Shown: positions 12,150-23,522 of the stretch, piece by piece
Layout of the letters: every line of letters begins with the position of its first letter
How positions within the stretch are numbered: position 1 is the first letter of the stretch
DNA from: Squatina squatina
Lineage: Eukaryota
Direction of reading: 5' to 3'
DNA length: 35,878 nt
Assembly (NCBI GenBank): GCA_031763465.1
Contig: JARFOE010000115.1
Coordinates: 16,002,414 to 16,038,291, forward strand
Position numbers and translations under genes: made by a program
The notes under the pieces: model-generated
What the model saw: the letters and a program-made list of their open reading frames with translations, nothing else
Databases searched by the model: none
Told to the model about the DNA's origin: nothing

Positions 12150-14229
12150 ATGACATCTGTAGCGCTGCTGATATGTCTGGTCACTGCGATCACAGAAGGA
12201 GCCACATCAGTTGACCAAAGGGAGCAGCTAGGCCTGTATTACAAGAACCCGAGCGATGCCAATTGCGATCGGGAATGCGAGGCATTTACTGTCACGGTTG
12301 ATAAACCAGTGTATTTAACTTGTAGTTCTGGATTAACGGGCGTAAGCATATCTGACAACGAGCCAGGCGAAACAGGGGATATGGGTAGCACGGGGTTGTT
12401 TGTTAAATGGACAAACATGAGCACGATATGCTTCGGGAAGAAGAGTGATGATACATTGACATGCGTACAGGGAGAAACTGTGCAAGTAAGATGTGAGAAG
12501 AATTACACTCAGATCTCCGGGGTACACAAGCAGGGAGAAGGAGGATGGGAAATATGCTCAACCTCCAAGTGCACTAACTTTGATGGTTGGTGTTGGAAGC
12601 TGAATCCCCGAGATTGTCCCACCACACAACCACACTGACCTCCCCAGTATCAGCAGCCCCGAAGCCCACCGCTCAGTAAACGAAGGAACCCTTGAGTAGT
12701 CTGCAGCATAGCTCTGAACCCCAAGAGGGACTCGTGATCCGGGATTCTGATAAGCGCTTGTTTGAGAATGTACACCATGAGATAGTTTCGGTTGTCCTCA
12801 ATATTAGCCAGATGGGGTTGCCTGAGTGGTGTGAGGGGCACGTGCGGTCGAGCCTGTCTCGCCACAATAGGGACTTGGCAAATGACGTAGCCACCGGCTA
12901 TAGTGCGGGGACAGCTACAATTACTTCCCTGGACATAGTGGGGAATCGATATCAAGGTGAATCATTGAACATCCACACAAAGAGATCTCATGCTAAGGGC
13001 AAGTAAGCTGGAGGGACAACAGGGACAGGCCAGAAAAGACTTGGCCAAAACCCTATTAGAGTCCGTGTAAGTTTTGGGAAACCATGTCCATAGAGTTAAC
13101 CATGTCACCGCCACCCTGCATAACATAACTAATTGGGCCTCTAGGGGCCAAATGTGCATGGCCTACGGTGCATGACTAGTGGGGGAGGTGCGACATATCT
13201 AGCGCAGCTCCACAATGGAGATGTGCCGGATTGGATTACGGATAATACACTGCAAGAGAGCAGCAATTGCTCTTTGTGCACCCCATGAGGATTTATAAGG
13301 GTCTATCCGACCACTAAACATTGTGTCACCACTCACCTGAGGTTGATAGGAATGGTATTAGCTGTACCCAGTCTGGAGGAAAGGGAATCCAAGCCCTTCT
13401 ACGAGGTAGAGAATATCGGGATCATAAGAGATGGCAATTGGCTCAGATACCACCACACACCCAGATATGCAACCCAGAAAGGTTCCTTCTTGACGGGTAT
13501 CTCACTAGAGGGATGCAGAGAAAAGGGGAGCAACATCAACTGCCCACATCCTGTGGGGGTGGGGCCAGGAGTCATGTGCGGCTTCAACACCACCCTCAAC
13601 TGTACCCTTGAAATTTCCACTGCCCGCCATGTGCCAACGTGAACAGCACACCGGGGAAAAGGAAAATACTGCATGAGCGCCAGTGAATCTCAAAACTAGT
13701 ATGGTAACATCCAGTGCCCAGTGACCAGCTCAAATTTCTGCTTCCGCCCTCGGGCCCCACAACGATCGGACAGGCAAGCATAACCTACCTACAGTTGCCC
13801 CGCGAGGAACAGGCGAGTCCAATGGAGGACCTGAAGGACAGCATGCTCGAATATGTACTCCCTGAGGGGAAGGACATCCCGAAACTACCAGAACACCTGC
13901 TGGAACTGAGGAAAGAGGCCGGGGCGATAATTAAGCAGTATCACCGAGTTGAACAAGAGGTCAAACAACTGGGGAAGGATGTGGAAGCCAAGCTGGATGA
14001 TGCCTCATGGTGGCGGACAATTTGAGACTGGGGTATTAGAGTGGATATTCACCCCTGGATCAGAATTGCATCTCATGTATTGGTGGTGGTGCAGTTGCTA
14101 ATTGTCATCATACTTATGTTTGAGTATTGTACCTGATGTAAACGATGCCATAACCGAACCGTTGCTAAAGCCATTGTTAAAACACAGTATCGAGTGGGAG
14201 AGAAGCAGGGAATGTTAGAAGTAGTTTAA
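12150..14229 (+). pseudogene. env: Envelope glycoprotein, paramyxovirus F-like class I fusogen (disrupted)
   Basis: Signal peptide MTSVALLICLVTAITEG; 10-Cys domain; Pro-rich linker; F2-like GLVIRDSDKRLFENVHHEIVSVVLNISQMGLPEWC; RHNR|DLANDVATGYSAGTATITSLDI cleavage site and fusion peptide (12860-); heptad region; IGMVLAVPSL...TPRYATQKGSFLTGISLEGCREKGSNINC; C-terminal heptad; WW; TM IASHVLVVVQLLIVIILMF (~14065-14121); short tail ending in TAA at 14227-14229. Reconstructed across several stops and frameshifts. Confidence 0.85.
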
Positions 14230-14371
14230 GTAGCCACACCCATGCAAATCCAACCACCTGCCTGGCCAGCAATGATGGGGCGAGGAACACGGGCAGGTGA
14301 AGGGGATAAATAAAAGGAGCGATAGATAATTGGATCCATTAGTTGGCCATCTTGGGCTAACACCAAGGGCC

Positions 14372-14382
14372 AAAAAGGGGGA
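14372..14382 (+). other. Polypurine tract (plus-strand primer)
   Basis: AAAAAGGGGGA immediately before C-TG, the LTR start. Confidence 0.85.
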
Positions 14383-14383
14383 C

Positions 14384-14586
14384 TGAAGGGGTTAAAAGCT
14401 AGAGTTGAAAGGCAGATGTGAAGGAAACAGGATATAAGATTGTATATAAGCCAACTGCTTAAATATAAAAATTAGACACTCGTCTTGGCTGCAGCTGCGG
14501 GAGCCTCTCCCTGCACGTGCTTGATCAGAGAAAAAAATCCTTTTGTATCACTACTCCTGCCTCGTATCTCACAATACTCCACAACA
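14384..14586 (+). repeat. 3' LTR (approximate right boundary)
   Basis: Begins TGAAGGGG right after the PPT; TATA-like TATATAA near 14443; A-rich possible degenerate polyA signal near 14530; ends ...CTCCACAACA, followed by AT-rich flank. No 5' LTR is available to confirm the end. Confidence 0.6.
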
Positions 14587-16985
14587 ATTTAATTGATTCT
14601 GACGGTACCCAAGATATGGAGTTTCCCAGTGAACTGAAGCAGCAAGTATCCGAAAATGAAGAAGTTACCAGACCAATTCAAACAATCCAGAAACTTGTTT
14701 CATTGTCATTATTATATATTAATCCAAGTTTTGCACTTAGTTAATTCATGGATGGATATATGCCTCAAAGGGGTGATGTAATAAATCTTTTGTGCTAACT
14801 CAGTGAAACTCCTGTTAGTTACTCTTTTGGATTTTCCAGTTACTCTTTTGGAGAAACTCCTGTTAGTTTTGTTTTCACTTTGTCTCAGCAGCTGCAATGT
14901 GTATCTGCTCAAGGCTCCTACGTAGCACTAACAGCAAATATCTTATAGTTAATTACTTTCTGATTGCAGAAATCTTGCAACTTCACTAAACTCCTGTTTT
15001 GCTCTCAGTTGCTGCTGTGAAGTTAAAGAGAAACAGAATGGCCTTCCGTTCTCCTGAGCAAGGAGGTGCCAACCTAAGAGACACAGTTTGGCAATGGTAG
15101 TGATAGCTGCGGTGCCACTGGCCAGCATCAGAAAAGTATTAGTAGATAAGGAAGGCAAGCTCTGTGGTCACAGTTATTAGCAGTATGCAGTCTATCAGTT
15201 AATGACAGTGTCATAAAAAGAGCAAATGAAAAATATCAGGAAAAACAAATTTCAGCCTGACCATTTCTCTCAAATAAGTCAGAATCAGGGATTTTCCTTC
15301 CATCACCTTCCTGTATAGCTGGGGATTTCCTTTGCAGTCGGACACTGTCAGTTGCTCGGGAGAAGGCAAACATGCTGAAAATGTGAACTGAGGCCAGAAA
15401 ATACAAAAAAAAACCCACAAAATATGAACCTATCTTTTCTCGCTTCAGATGTGGACTAATCTGCTGTGTATGTGCAAAAATGTCAGTTTATATTTCAGGC
15501 TTTCAATCTCCATCTGCCAGAGCATTTTTAGTGATAGTTTTTTAAAAAATACTTTTTACTTCCATGTCAAGAAATAGAAAAATGTGCAAAAGCCTTACAA
15601 CAGAAATAAATGTATCTAGATTTTACTTTTATTTAAACTTCAACATCAAGAGATCCAAAAATGTGCAAAACTTTATAACAGAAATATTTGTACCTGGATT
15701 ATTGTTTTTTTTTACAAAAATAGTATTCAATTAAAAAATAGCAGACTGGAACAAAAAAACAGTTGCTGTTAATGCTGAGCGAAATGATCGGGTCACAACA
15801 GCGGCCTATTTATGTTAATATGACAGGTCTTTGGAGAACTGCTGCTCACTGCTTGGGGCCTCTATTCACTTCTGCTCAGCATGGGAGAAGTGTTTGATTG
15901 ACAGCATAATCAGGGAGTGAGGACAGCAGAGGCAAGAAATGTATANNNNNNNNNNNNNNNNNNNNNNNNNNNNNNNNNNNNNNNNNNNNNNNNNNNNNNN
16001 NNNNNNNNNNNNNNNNNNNNNNNNNNNNNNNNNNNNNNNNNNNNNCCGTAGAGAAGTTTCTGCCTGTGTCTCCGCGCAGGCCTCCACAGAATTCCATTTC
16101 CCCTTTAATTCTTCCCACACTGTGGCAATCAGGAGCCCAGGTGCACAGAGAGCTAATAATAATAATTAAGATTTGTTTATTCTGCTTCGGAAATCAAAAC
16201 TAAATGCTGCTGAGATCAGGCTGAAAATTTCAGCTTAATTCGTGATCTGGATTTTTATTGTTAAATGTATTTTTGACAAGTACAGTGATCATTGTAATTT
16301 GGAAATGGCAGCGTCCTTTTTGAAGATGACCTTGTTTGAAGTTTGCAAATTTAAACCCAGCCAACCAGAAATCTTTTACTTTTTAACAGTTCTCTCGGAA
16401 CAAACCCAGGTATCTGGTTGGCTGAGCTCACATTTTGTGAAATTGATGTGAAGGACCATTTGGAAAGAGCGATTGTCGTTTCTGATGAAGCTATTGCACT
16501 GCAATGGCATTTTTCTCATGTGTTTAATCCCTCGAGCTGACAGTCTCACATCTACTACAACATCTATCTTTTGACTTGTTGGCAAGGTTACTGTAGAAGC
16601 GAGCCTGAGTGTCAATTAGTCCTTGGTACGCAATGTAGCTTGAGTTCAATTGCTATATTATATGGAAAACATACTTTTGCTAATTATTCAACCGTGCTGG
16701 CTCTCTTGATTATTGAATTCCAGTGGAAGGGAACAAAAAAGAAAGTTAGACCAGCTTTCAGATTATATCAGAGTAGATTTGCCTCTGCCCTCGGTGCATC
16801 AGGTCTCCGTCCATTGTGCTGCCCTGGGATTTCCTCGGGTTTCCTCACAGGCCTGCACCTATTGTAGGCGCATGCCCAGTGTTGACAGTATAATGAGGCG
16901 GGAGGCTGCATTCCCAGACTCTTCTTTCCAAGGATGACGGCAGTTCAGCGACCCAGCACAGGGCGCCTGGTGCACGTTGTTGCCT

Positions 16986-17349
16986 TAGGGTTGCTGATTG
17001 TCCTGGAATTTCCAGGAATTAAAGATTAATATCCTGGCCACTGCTGCGAGCAACCAGGGAGAAAAATCAGAAGGGCATTAAAAAAAAATTGTGTTTGAAA
17101 AAAATTTTCTTTCAACACTTTTGTTCAATAGTTGGAAAAATATTTGAGATGGAGAAAAAAAGAGCTGTTTGACTGACAGTCAGGAATCATCCAGGCAGAC
17201 AACAAAGAGTGTTTCCATTTGGCCTGGGAAGGCAGCGCACCACAAGGATGGACATGTTTAGCGACTAACGGTGGGAACCTGGGGGTTGGAGGTGGGAAGT
17301 CAAGTGACAACACCCCGCTGAATTTGTCCCGCCAGAGGTGGCAGTCCTT
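16986..17349. mobile_element. Probable hAT (Blackjack-like) non-autonomous element
   Basis: Starts tagggttgc and ends gtggcagtcctt (degenerate inverted repeat); subterminal tcctggaatttccagga palindrome. Confidence 0.4.
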
Positions 17350-17924
17350 GCTTACCTCCAGATCACTACAGAGTGGAGATCAGCAGGAATCGTAGACGGC
17401 AGGCTGAANNNNNNNNNNNNNNNNNNNNNNNNNNNNNNNNNNNNNNNNNNNNNNNNNNNNNNNNNNNNNNNNNNNNNNNNNNNNNNNNNNNNNNNNNNNN
17501 NNNNNNNNACACGAGCATTTGTTGTACTAACAAGCAATCCCGTGAAACAGTTCTGTACCAAATCCTCATGGATTAGGTGACATATGGCAGCACAGATGAC
17601 TGAATGGTTCAAACTGACTGGTAAATGTGGTCTTATGTTGTTCATACTGAACGAGTCATAATTTTTAATAGTTTCAAAGGGAAAACATGGAAAAAGATTA
17701 AAGAATGTAATTTTTGTTTGGAGCATCGAGCCCTGAAACTAATTAAAGTAAACATATTGTATAGAAAATCCATGAATATGTATCTCCCATGAGTTTGTTT
17801 ACAGTCACAGCAGGTGGAACAGTGCTAAAGATTATTCTCATTTTGTTTAAAACTTTCATATAAAACCTACTTTTGGTTCTTTGCAACCTCTGTTGTTAAT
17901 TCTCTTTCTGGGACTCTTATCTCG

Positions 17925-18201
17925 AGAAAGAGGGTGACCTAACAGGTCTTTAAAATTTTGAAGGTGTTAGGAGAAGATGTTTCCACTCGTAGGGAGGTCC
18001 AAAACTAGGGGTCATAAATATAAGATAATCACTAATAAATCCAATAGGGAACTCAGGAAACTTCTTTCCCCAAATACGGTCAAATTGTGGAACTTTCTAT
18101 CTCATGGAGTGGTTGAGGCGAATAGCATAGATGTATTCAAGGGGAAGCAAAATAAGTACATGAGGGAGGAGGGAATAGAAGGATATGTTGACATGGTGTA
18201 G
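17925..18201 (+). mobile_element. CR1 LINE 3' end (ORF2 C-terminus), decayed
   Basis: FPLVGRSKTRGHKYKI...VKLWNFL...VVEANSIDVFK, a typical CR1 ORF2 tail. Confidence 0.85.
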
Positions 18202-18823
18202 GAAGGGAGTTTCCCTTGACTAACAGTTACAGAGTTCAGACTTCCAGAACAGACAACTTGGACAAAGATTAATTAATAAGTTTCTTTATTTTAAAAAAAG
18301 CTAACAGAAAGGTAAGCACCTGGTAATACCCCTTTACTCTTAAATAAGTTTTGTTTACTTAAAAAAAGGCAACAGAAAGGTAAGCAGCTGATAATATTAT
18401 CATGCAGTAATTCCTAATCACTTATACACATGCAGCTACCCTTTCGCCCTTAAAGATGTCCATGCTATTCAGCAAACTTATACATACAAACCCACCATCA
18501 AATGGTCAACTTCAACATGTGTTCTGATGTATCTTAAGCAGGTGATCAGACCGCGTCCGACTACACAGTAACTGAGACGTAATAGCCAGACATTTTTATA
18601 CCCAAAAACCTGGAAAATTGCCCATGTACATCCCATAATAATTTTCAATCCACTAAGAAGCTGAGCAATTGTTTTATAATCATTGTTACACATAGTTCAT
18701 CTGTGGGATACAAATCAAAACCTNNNNNNNNNNNNNNNNNNNNNNNNNNNNNNNNNNNNNNNNNNNNNNNNNNNNNNNNNNNNNNNNNNNNNNNNNNNNN
18801 NNNNNNNNNNNNNNNNNNNNNNN

Positions 18824-18960
18824 CACAAGAGTCACACTCACCTTCGCAACTCGCGTGAGATCATTACATTTCTTGCGGCATTGATTCCCGTTTCTTGGTG
18901 TAACATCCGTTGAACCCACTTCCGTCGCCGCGTTCCTCCAGGCTCTCCGTATCATCTTCC
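18824..18960 (-). mobile_element. PIF/Harbinger Myb/SANT-like (trihelix) ORF fragment
   Basis: RRAWRNAATEVGSTDVTPRNGNQCRKKCNDLTRVAK ending at an AAG|gtgagt donor; W...R...QC.KK..DL motif of Harbinger DNA-binding proteins. Confidence 0.75.
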
Positions 18961-19575
18961 CCTTAAATGAATCTCCGCCTCAACTACTCCTTGCGGTAGC
19001 AAGTTCCATATTCTAACCACTCTCTCTGGGTGTATACCATATCAACTGCAAAGAATTGGAAAAATAATGCTTCGAATTTAGCAAAAGCTGCCAATCTTTG
19101 TTGCTCTTATGATGAAACTGATGACTGTTAGGATCCTGTGCTGCAACTCACCGTAATATTGCAAAGAATGAAATAACATTTAAAGAGATTAAATCAACAA
19201 AGCTTTGCTGGAGGCTTAAAAACGGCAGTATCCCACCGAGACCAATTGTTCCAGTTTCAGGTTTTGAGAATGTCTTGTCTCTCAGCAGTCTAACAGCAAT
19301 TCCCACAAGTAGACTTTGTCAACTGCCATCCACAAGCTGTACATTTTCTACACTGTCTTCACAGAGGTCAATACCCCAAGGGCTAGCAATTACCCCATTT
19401 TCAATCTACTTATCAGATTTAATATAGTCTTGCAGTCCCTCACTAAACTCTTTTTAAAATGATGGATATTATCACATAGGACCAGAGGTTTACAGACTAA
19501 AGCTTCTAAGAACATTATGTACCATTAACTAATGAAATTAAGCACAAAGAAAATGCCAAATACAGATTAAAATAT

Positions 19576-19989
19576 AGAAACAAAGACTTGCATTTCTATA
19601 GCGCCTTTCACGACCACTGGAATTCTCAAAGCGCTTTACAGCCATTTAAGTACTTTTGGAATGTAGCCACTGTTGTAATGTGGGAAACGGGGCAGCCAAT
19701 TTGCGCATAGCAAGCTCCCACAAAGAGCAATGGGATAATGACCAGCAATGTGATCCTGATTTTATTATGTTGATTGAGGGATAAATATTGGCCTGGACAC
19801 CAGAGGTAAACTCCCCTGTTCTTCTTCAAAGTAGTGCTCTGGGATCTTTTACCTCCACCCGAGAAAGCAGATGGCACCTCGGTTTAACGTCACCTCCCTC
19901 AGCACTGCACTGGAGTGGCAGCCTAGATTTATGCACTCAAGCCCCTGGAGAGGGGCTTGAACTCACAACCTTCTGACTCAGTGTGCTAC
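19576..19989 (-). mobile_element. DeuSINE/SacSINE1-like tRNA-derived SINE, near full length
   Basis: L2-like tail (aaagacttgcatttctatagcgcctttcac), central Deu-like domain, B-box-like region (reverse complement of cttgaactcac) near 19960; homologous copies at 1185 and 30911. Confidence 0.8.
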
Positions 19990-20089
19990 NNNNNNNNNNN
20001 NNNNNNNNNNNNNNNNNNNNNNNNNNNNNNNNNNNNNNNNNNNNNNNNNNNNNNNNNNNNNNNNNNNNNNNNNNNNNNNNNNNNNNNNN

Positions 20090-20519
20090 TTTTTAAATCT
20101 AAATAGAGCTAACTATGTAGGTATGAGGGGCGAGTTGGCTAAGGTAACTGGGAAACTACATTAATAGGTATGATGGTAGCCAAGCATTTAAAGAACTAAT
20201 ACATAATTTACAAGAAGTTTACATTCCTTTAAGACACAAAACTCCCACAGGAAAAGTGGTCCAACCATAGCTAACAAAAGAAGTTATAAATAGTTTTAGA
20301 TCAAAGGAACAGTCTTATAATGTTGCGAAGAAGAATAGTAAGCCTGAGGATTGGGAGTATTTTAGAATTCAGCAAAGGAGGAGCAAGAAATTAATAAAGA
20401 AAGGGAAAATAGAATATGAGAGTAAACTAGTGAGAGGCATAAAATCAGAATGTAAATGCTTCTATAGGTATATAAAAAGGAAACGATTAGCAAAAGTAAA
20501 TGTGGGTCCCTTACAGGTG
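20090..20519 (+). mobile_element. CR1 LINE ORF2 internal fragment
   Basis: LNLNRANYVGMRGELAKV... and ...KSECKCFYRYIKRKRLAKVNVGPL. Confidence 0.75.
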
Positions 20520-21143
20520 GAGCTCCTCCCAGAGTCACAATGCCGATTCATCCATCAAGAAGCAAAATGGACATGATTTTCAGCATGTGGCAAGTCCAAG
20601 AAAAGTTCAGAGAGTAGCATCAACCTCTGTACGTGCCATTTTTTGATCTCACAAAGGCCTTCTACTCTGCCCACTGGGAGGAATGATGGAGGCTTCTCCT
20701 TAAATTTGGATGCCTGCAAAAATTCGTCACCATTCTCTGCCTGCTCCACAATGACGTGTAAGCTGTGATCCTCACCAGCGGTTCAACCACAGACCCAATA
20801 CAAGTACAAACTGGGGCCAAGCAAGGCTGTGTCATCGCACCAATGCTCTTCTCACTATTCCTTGCTGCAACACTTCACCCTATCTCCAAGAAGCTCCCCA
20901 CTGGACTGGAGCTAATCTACAGGATGAGCGGGAAACTGTTCAACCTCCGTCGCCTCCAGTCTAGAACTAAGATCGCTCCAACCTGTGTCATTGAGTTACA
21001 GTACCCAGACGACACTTGCATGTGTGAACACTTGGAGGCCAAGCTCCAAACCATCGTCGATTCCTTCACTGAAGCCTTAGGCTAAACATCCAAAAGACGA
21101 ATGTCCTTTACCAACTTGCCCCCTCCGCACAACACTGCCCCCT
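20520..21143 (+). mobile_element. RTE-clade LINE reverse-transcriptase fragment
   Basis: ELLPESQCRF..MDMIFSMWQVQEKFRE*HQPLYVPFFDLTKAF..TGAKQGCVIAPMLF..GKLFNLRRLQ..ELQYPDD; RTE/BovB-type RT motifs with disablements. Confidence 0.85.
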
Positions 21144-22726
21144 NNNNNNNNNNNNNNNNNNNNNNNNNNNNNNNNNNNNNNNNNNNNNNNNNNNNNNNNN
21201 NNNNNNNNNNNNNNNNNNNNNNNNNNNNNNNNNNNNNNNNNNNCCTCTCTTACACTGGGACATGGTTCTGGGAGTTCACCAAGTAACGATCTAGTGCATT
21301 GCCTCCTAACATAGGTTATTGTTAGTGGAATCAAACGCCACCCGCTGTTGTCTGGGATATATTAATTGAAAAAGCTGTCAGATGTAAAGCAGAATTTGTG
21401 GAGTTCAAATTTCATATTCAGATAAAAATGCCAGTCGGACATCACAGAATTAATTATATCGCCAAGAGAAGTCCCTTCCCTGCGCTGATTAAGCTAAACG
21501 TGAAAAAGTAAAGAGATCTAAGAAAAAGGATAACCTTGTCATATCTGTTGAGACTCAAGATACGGGGTGCACCTACCTGGATGCATTTATTCAATTAAGA
21601 ATTTGTATTGGATAATCATCTTTGACTGGTTGAAGGTAGTAAATATTCAAATAGTAAGCTGACCAAATAAACCAAGAGCGACAAAGTCACGAGTGAGCTG
21701 TGAAGGTCAACTCACTTGTTGAATATTTATGTTATTCCTCCAGTCTAAGATGGATATCCTAGTTATGCCATGACATTTTAATCAATTTACCCGCATACTA
21801 CTGTAGCAAAGTGTGTTTGCTTTCAAATCTAAGATGAAAAACGGGCACTTACATGAACAATATGTATTGTTGCCAGAAGTTCTTGTTTCTCTTTTGCTTT
21901 TAAGAGCCTAGATTTTCCAATCTTCGTTATTTCAATGCCGGCAGGAGTTACCACTGATNNNNNNNNNNNNNNNNNNNNNNNNNNNNNNNNNNNNNNNNNN
22001 NNNNNNNNNNNNNNNNNNNNNNNNNNNNNNNNNNNNNNNNNNNNNNNNNNNNNNNNNNTTTCCTGCATTTCCAGCTTTTGTTTCAGTCGTCAGGGTGTGT
22101 GTAATACAATGAGTGAAGAAATACTGCAGCACAGCAAGGGATGTGCTTCAAAAGGTTTGATAGACACTGAAAGAACAGGGAGCATGAATTAATCTAACAT
22201 GCATTCTCTGATTTCAACTTTTCATATCGTTATGACAGGAATGTCTCTGGCTACTACTTCTAGTTTGTCACAGTAACAGGCACTGTGGGATAATTATGTG
22301 TTTCTCTTGTTTGTGGTTCTTCAGAATCAGGGCATATCTTTCATACTTCCCTCAGCATCTGATCGATGGAGCTGCAGCTATAATGTAGTGTGTAAAATGA
22401 TATTCCTGTAACATTCACCAGCAAGAGGTACCTTCTTAGAATGAGAGAATTGCAACTCAATTGCTTTTGATAAAAGATTTATGAAGTGTTTTCATGTACA
22501 CCAGAAAATATTAATATAAAACTAATAAGAGAAGAGATGGTGTCTGTCTGGTGATCAAAGAAAATAAAGTTAGAACACTATGATTTTAATCAAAATATTC
22601 ATAACCTTTCTGTATTGTTACAGCATTGTAATGGGAAACAAAATTGTAGTTGAGAAAGTGTTCCAAAGTCTCCTTATTTGATCACTGACAAAAAGCTGTG
22701 GTGAAATCATCATCATTCCAGTTTGA

Positions 22727-22820
22727 AACAAAAACAAAAAGTGCTGGAAACACAACAGTACAGTTAGCCTCTGAAGAGTAAACAGACAAGTTTACTTGTC
22801 TTAGCTCCAGACCCTTCTTC
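22727..22820 (-). mobile_element. Penelope-like terminal fragment
   Basis: aaacaaaaacaaaaagtgctggaaacacaacag...agacccttcttc, similar to 5716-5812. Confidence 0.4.
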
Positions 22821-23522
22821 CAAACAGGCAAACACACATATTAATATAATCAGAAAATATTGATCGGTGCATAGATGGATAGGTAGATAGAAACACAGAA
22901 TAGAGAAAGGAATCATGAAAAGAATGAGGCAATATGTATATATTTTCTGTACATATATAAAAAATATTTGTCATGACATTTTAATTCCATCTCTTTCTCT
23001 CTGTATATAGAATGTATTTAGTGTAACCACTCACTCCGCTGCTGTGTTCATCAATATTTGTAAAATTCAAATTACATAATCCCTTTGGCCTATACTAGAT
23101 GACCTTTCAATCTTCCAGGTATAATACAAAATCCCTTTGCTTAACAGTGTTATACGCCCATCCCCAAAACATCCCAATCAGTCTTTGAATCTTCTCTGGC
23201 CCTGTAGGTAAATCTACTGAAAACATGGCACAGACTTTTCAAGGGCATTTTGATAGCTGGGTATGAATCAATCTCAATTTTCTATTTATAACCACAAGTG
23301 ACTTGTATTTAGAAACTATTTCAACACGTCTTACTGGATGCCCAATTCACCGCAGTAGGGTCGACTTTAGCTCAGCCCGTCCTGTGGTAATGGTGGACAG
23401 CGGGTGGTGGAGTTAAAATCTTNNNNNNNNNNNNNNNNNNNNNNNNNNNNNNNNNNNNNNNNNNNNNNNNNNNNNNNNNNNNNNNNNNNNNNNNNNNNNN
23501 NNNNNNNNNNNNNNNNNNNNNN

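Larger units (their letters stand above)
10264..14586 (+). mobile_element. Endogenous retrovirus, 3' half (pol-env-PPT-3' LTR), decayed; 5' part lost in gap
   Basis: Colinear tether, RNase H, integrase, splice acceptor, env with signal peptide/cleavage site/TM, polypurine tract and TG...CA LTR within one gap-free contig. Confidence 0.93.

Noticed and set aside
12860-14121. Env as a free-standing endogenous paramyxovirus fragment
   Set aside because: It sits at the canonical env position between integrase and the PPT/LTR with its own splice acceptor, so it is part of the provirus.
14804-14868. Short local duplications (also ~15578-15700, ~18280-18395, ~8985-9045) as repeat arrays
   Set aside because: Two-copy imperfect slippage duplications with no repeat-spacer periodicity; the DNA is eukaryotic, so not CRISPR.
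22087-22154. Possible small plus-strand exon (RQGVCNTMSEEILQHSKGCASK)
   Set aside because: Weak donor (gtttga) and no resemblance to parkin exons 3-5 or any protein I recognise.
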